Origin: Candidatus Krumholzibacteriia bacterium
GTDB taxonomy: Bacteria; Krumholzibacteriota; Krumholzibacteriia; LZORAL124-64-63
Direction: 5' to 3'
DNA: 10,443 nt
NCBI GenBank assembly: GCA_036351155.1
Contig: JAZBOO010000287.1
Span: 1-10,443 of the forward strand
Part shown: in pieces, positions 7,417 to 10,443 of the stretch
Layout: the number at the start of each line of letters is the position of its first letter
Numbering within the stretch: position 1 is the first letter of the stretch
Program-made: the position numbers and the translations under genes
Notes under the pieces: generated by a model
The model's input: the letters and a program-made list of their open reading frames with translations, nothing else
Databases searched by the model: none
Told to the model about the DNA's origin: nothing

Positions 7417-8067
7417 ATGCGCGGCGCCTTTGACCATAAGAATTTTTCAGTCGGCGAAGAGATCGCCCACGCCATCACTCACGGCATCGGGGCCCTGGGC
7501 AGTGTGGTGGGGCTGGTGTTGTTGATCGTCAAGGCGGCGAAAGCCGGCGGCCCCCAGCTCGTCGTCGGCGTGACGATCTTCGGTTCATCCCTGGTGCTGC
7601 TTTTTCTGGCTTCGACCCTCTACCACGCCCTGGTTCCCGGCAAGGCCAAGCGGGTGTTCGAGCTGCTGGACTACGCGGCCATCTACGTGCTGATCGCAGG
7701 CAGCTACACACCCTTCACCCTGTCGGTACTGGGCGGCGGCTGGGGTTGGTCCATCTTCGGCATGGCCTGGGGACTGGCGGTGCTGGGCATTCTGTATGAA
7801 GTCGTGCTCAAGCGGCCTTCAGCCAAGTTGAGTCTGGCCTTCTACCTGCTGATGGGCTGGTTGATGATCATCGCCATCAAGCCCCTCTCGACCGTGCTGG
7901 ACCCCAAAGCCCTGATCCTGATCGGAGCGGGCGGTGTGGCCTACACCGGAGGCGCCGTTTTCTACGCCTGGCGAGGGTTTCCCTACCACCATGCGCTATG
8001 GCATCTGTTCGTGTTGATTGGTTCGACCTGCCACTATCTGAGCGTGTATCTGTACGTCATCCCCTGA
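7417..8067 (+). CDS. Hemolysin III / PAQR-family membrane protein (YqfA/TrhA-like), 216 aa
   Basis: Motifs EEIAHAITHGIG, ASTLYH, LDYAAIYVLIAGSYTPF, YLLMGW, GGVAYTGGAVFY, HHALWHLFVLIGSTCHY, with ~7 hydrophobic helices. SD AGGAG at 7406-7410. Starts 19 nt after the tamB stop. Confidence 0.93.
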   Translation: MRGAFDHKNFSVGEEIAHAITHGIGALGSVVGLVLLIVKAAKAGGPQLVVGVTIFGSSLVLLFLASTLYHALVPGKAKRVFELLDYAAIYVLIAGSYTPFTLSVLGGGWGWSIFGMAWGLAVLGILYEVVLKRPSAKLSLAFYLLMGWLMIIAIKPLSTVLDPKALILIGAGGVAYTGGAVFYAWRGFPYHHALWHLFVLIGSTCHYLSVYLYVIP

Positions 8068-8091
8068 ACAGAACTCCAGCAGGGGACCGGC

Positions 8092-8493
8092 CTACCAGAC
8101 AGGCCCTGCGCTCTTCCTTTCCCGGTCCTCGAACGAGCAATGACCGTCCTCCACATGCCCTCGGTAACACTCTTCATGTGTGTGGTCGTAGTGCTCCTCG
8201 AGAACACGGCACAGGGTGGGTCGGGAAAGCCAGGTGCCCTCGTCGTCTGTACAAACTGCGACATCCAGCTGGGTTTGCTTGCCCCGGTAAAGGCCGTACA
8301 GCTGGACGTGGTCCGGCAGAATACCCTTGCGATCAAGGCACTCGATCACCCCGCAGAGTGTGTCGGAAAAATAGTGATCGTACACGGGCTGGAGACCTTC
8401 ACCCTCCAGAATGTCCACCCACGCTTCGTAGGTGTAGGGCAAGGTCCGGTCTTTCTTCGAGCGCGGCTGGACGTGGTATTGCCTGGGTTCCAT
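8092..8493 (-). CDS. Hypothetical protein, 133 aa, Cys/His-rich C-terminus
   Basis: Only the last 133 codons of the 8092-8994 ORF look protein-like (MEPRQYHVQPRSKKDRTLPYTYEAWVD...). ATG 8493 has GAGGGGAG 8 nt upstream and an extended -10 further up. The ORF fills the gap between hlyIII and the MFS gene without overlap. Confidence 0.75.
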   Translation of the reverse strand: MEPRQYHVQPRSKKDRTLPYTYEAWVDILEGEGLQPVYDHYFSDTLCGVIECLDRKGILPDHVQLYGLYRGKQTQLDVAVCTDDEGTWLSRPTLCRVLEEHYDHTHEECYRGHVEDGHCSFEDRERKSAGPVW

Positions 8494-8549
8494 GAAGACT
8501 TCTCCCCTCATTTTGCGGCCTGTGACCGCCCACAACTTCCCAGGGGTCC

Positions 8550-8558
8550 AGTATAGCA
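8550..8558 (-). promoter_or_regulatory. Putative extended -10 promoter (TGcTATACT) for the 133-aa gene
   Basis: Minus strand reads CAGG-TG-C-TATACT-GGA, about 57 nt upstream of ATG 8493. Confidence 0.5.
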
Positions 8559-8564
8559 CCTGGT

Positions 8565-8594
8565 TTGCCCTCCGGGGTGGCAATGTGGTAGATT
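8565..8594 (+). promoter_or_regulatory. Putative sigma70-type promoter for the MFS gene
   Basis: TTGCCC (8565-8570), 18 nt, TAGATT (8589-8594), preceded by TG-G (extended -10). Confidence 0.35.
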
Positions 8595-8675
8595 GCTGAA
8601 ATAAATGAGCAAGACACGCCCGCGACCCGAAAGGCTCAGAATGATTCCCCTGTCCAGGCCACAACGGCCCGCCGG

Positions 8676-9989
8676 ATGAGCGGTCCCGAGCAACAAACGC
8701 CCCCTGGCATCCCGCCCCCCGGTAACCCGCCTCCTGATGGCGAGCAGACCTTCGGCCCGACCCAGCCCTGGGGCGCGGTGTCGGCGTGGTTCCGGGCCAC
8801 CTTCGCCTCTTTCGGGGTGCGGAATTTCCGCCTCTTCTACCTGGGACAGGGCGCGTCCCTGACCGGCACCTGGGTCCGGCGCACAGCTCTCGGCTGGCTG
8901 GTCTACGAGATGACCGGGTCCCGCACCCTTCTGGGCACGGTGCTCGGCCTGGCGCTGGTGCCGATGTTCGTGCTGTCGCCCTGGGCTGGGGCACTGGCCG
9001 ACCGCCTCGACAAGCGCCGCATGATCATCGTGAGCCAGATCGCGGCCGCCCTGACCTCCGGGACCATCGCCGTTCTGGTTCTGGCCGGCATAGCCGAGCC
9101 CTGGCACTTGATGGTCCTGGCCACCCTCGGCGGCATCGCCTTCGCCTTCGAGGTGCCCGCGCGGCAGGCTTTTGTCATCGAGATGGTGGGTCGGGAAAAC
9201 CTCCAGAACGCCATCGCCCTGAATTCGGCCATGGTGAACCTGTCGCGCATCGTCGGCCCTGCGGTGGCTGGCCTGCTGATGGGATCGCTCGGCATCGGTT
9301 TCTGCTTCGTGGCCGACGCCCTCAGCTACCTGGCGGTCATCGTCACGCTGGTGAAGCTGCGCATCGTCCCGGTGACCCGGACGGCCACCAAGGAGGGCCG
9401 CTGGCGGGAGCTGGCGGCCGGTTTCCGCGTCGTTCACGGCAACCGGCGCGTGCGGGTGCTGCTGCTCTTGCTGTGTCTGGTGGGTGTCTTCGGCTGGGCC
9501 AGCCAGACCCTCATGCCGGCCATCGCCCAGGATCTGCTGCATCTGGACGCGACCCAGTACGGCCTGCTGATGTCCGTGTTCGGGGTGGGAGCCATCGTCG
9601 GGGCCTTGCTGGTGGCCGGCAGTTCGGCGGAAAAACACACGCGGCGACAGGTTTTCGGCGGCGTGTGGGTCCTGTGCCTGGGTGCGGGGGTGGTGGCGCT
9701 CTCCCGCTCGGTGGTGCCCCTGGGTGTGGGGCTGGCCCTGGCTGGCTTCGGCGCCGTCACCTTCATGTCCACCGCCAACACCCTGGTGCAGACCAGCATC
9801 GACGATGCGGTGCGCGGCCGGGTGATGGGAATATGGTCGGTGGGGTTCGGGGGCGCTCTGCCGCTGGGCTCGTTTCTGGCCGGATGGACGGCCGATGTGA
9901 TCTCGCCCTACGCCACCATCGGGCTGTTCGCCGGCATCCTGGGCGTGGCCAGTTTCGTGATCTGGCGGCGGCTGCCGCGGCCAGCCTGA
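8676..9989 (+). CDS. MFS transporter, MFS_3 / DUF894 / EntS-like ('transmembrane secretion effector') family, 437 aa
   Basis: Family-type N-terminus FASFGVRNFRLFYLGQGASLTGTW...GWLVYEMTGS, MFS motif A GALADRLDKRR, PARQAF...V, NAIALNS...SRIVGPAVAG, and second-half motif DAVRGRVMG. About 12 TM helices. The exact start is uncertain (Pro-rich first ~30 aa, no clear SD). Confidence 0.92.
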   Translation: MSGPEQQTPPGIPPPGNPPPDGEQTFGPTQPWGAVSAWFRATFASFGVRNFRLFYLGQGASLTGTWVRRTALGWLVYEMTGSRTLLGTVLGLALVPMFVLSPWAGALADRLDKRRMIIVSQIAAALTSGTIAVLVLAGIAEPWHLMVLATLGGIAFAFEVPARQAFVIEMVGRENLQNAIALNSAMVNLSRIVGPAVAGLLMGSLGIGFCFVADALSYLAVIVTLVKLRIVPVTRTATKEGRWRELAAGFRVVHGNRRVRVLLLLLCLVGVFGWASQTLMPAIAQDLLHLDATQYGLLMSVFGVGAIVGALLVAGSSAEKHTRRQVFGGVWVLCLGAGVVALSRSVVPLGVGLALAGFGAVTFMSTANTLVQTSIDDAVRGRVMGIWSVGFGGALPLGSFLAGWTADVISPYATIGLFAGILGVASFVIWRRLPRPA

Positions 9990-10139
9990 GCCTCTTCCAG
10001 AGGGACAGCAAAGTTTATAATTCAATGGAGTTAACACTCAGATCCAAGAGGAAGAATTCCATCTCGCGCAGCGATAAGTATTGAAACCTCCCTGTCAGCA
10101 GAAGATCACCACATTGCCACCAAAGGCCAATCCCCGGCA

Positions 10140-10169
10140 TTGACAATGAACACGCAATTCCGTTATGAT
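10140..10169 (+). promoter_or_regulatory. Near-consensus sigma70 promoter for the next gene
   Basis: TTGACA (10140-10145), 18 nt, TATGAT (10164-10169), in an intergenic region of lower GC. Confidence 0.7.
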
Positions 10170-10429
10170 GAGCCCCCTGGTTCAGGGTGGATCACCCGGC
10201 TCATGGGTTCGGGATTCCCTTTTGCACCTGCAGCTCACACTTCCCGTGGGAATATTACCTTCTTGACCAGGAATTGTATTTCGAGGCACGGCCATCATCC
10301 GGTTGGGGGACCGGAACCGGCCGCAAGAGTCGCACCTCTGGGGATTGGTGTGACCCGACCATTCCAGATCTGATCCAAAAGAAAGGATTCCGAGGCGGAC
10401 TACATCGCCTCAGCTGTCGCATTCAACTT

Positions 10430-10443
10430 GGGGGAGAAAAATG
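10430..10443 (+). promoter_or_regulatory. SD (GGGGGAG) and probable ATG start of a gene continuing beyond the window
   Basis: TTGGGGGAGAAAAATG at the right edge, with ATG at 10441-10443. The ORF itself is not visible. Confidence 0.55.

Noticed and set aside
8578..8597. Possible sigma54 promoter TGGCA...TTGCT
   Set aside because: GG-to-GC spacing is 14 nt, not the required 10.
8494..8994. Upstream 167 codons of the 300-aa minus-strand ORF
   Set aside because: Arg/Pro/Gly-rich shadow sequence antisense to the MFS gene. A good SD and promoter precede ATG 8493.
9991..10003. Hairpin CCTCT-TCC-AGAGG just after the MFS stop as an intrinsic terminator
   Set aside because: Only a 5-bp stem and no adjacent U-tract.
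10009..10035. AT-rich stretch resembling a tyrosine-recombinase/dif-like site (minus strand TAACTCCATTGAATTATAAACTTTG)
   Set aside because: Only one arm fits, symmetry is poor, and there is no integrase or tRNA in the window.
8508..10084. Long alternative-frame ORFs over the MFS gene (509 aa minus, 432 aa plus), and similar ones over tamA/tamB (2017-3351, 3381-4697, 6528-7478)
   Set aside because: Typical stop-poor shadow frames of high-GC coding DNA, with no recognisable motifs.
10140..10373. 77-aa ORF in the last intergenic region
   Set aside because: Its 'start' TTG is the -35 box TTGACA, it has no SD, and its composition is not protein-like.
10299..10416. Resemblance to the c-di-AMP (ydaO) riboswitch (GGGGGACC...TGGGG...CCCGA...CAGCT)
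   Set aside because: It lacks the conserved GCTGAA, GGGGYGAA and CCCGTCAGCTAACCYCGTA segments and their spacing. Cmscan would be needed, and it is not supported by eye.

Overview
GC-rich bacterial chromosomal window. The first protein ends in a 'YPNPFNP' FlgD-Ig/secretion-type C-terminal domain, which suggests a diderm FCB-superphylum relative such as Krumholzibacteriota or Latescibacterota (inference). Gene order: (+) 3' end of that secreted protein; (-) Tat-exported GHL10/DUF187-type glycoside hydrolase; (+) a tamA-tamB-hemolysin III/PAQR cluster; (-) a 133-aa Cys/His-rich hypothetical protein; (+) an MFS_3 transporter; then a ~450-bp intergenic region with a near-consensus sigma70 promoter and a long hairpin-rich leader, ending at an SD+ATG on the last bases. 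Four observations stand out. (1) TamB has a gap-free 816-nt/272-aa internal tandem duplication (~49% aa identity by hand count), and its second copy carries the protein's only two cysteines. (2) TamB is rich in D-S/T motifs resembling Bacteroidota O-glycosylation sequons. (3) A 14-bp element occurs in inverted orientation in both intergenic regions flanking the MFS gene. (4) An 11-bp promoter motif is shared by both minus-strand genes. No mobile element, CRISPR array, rRNA or tRNA was recognised.
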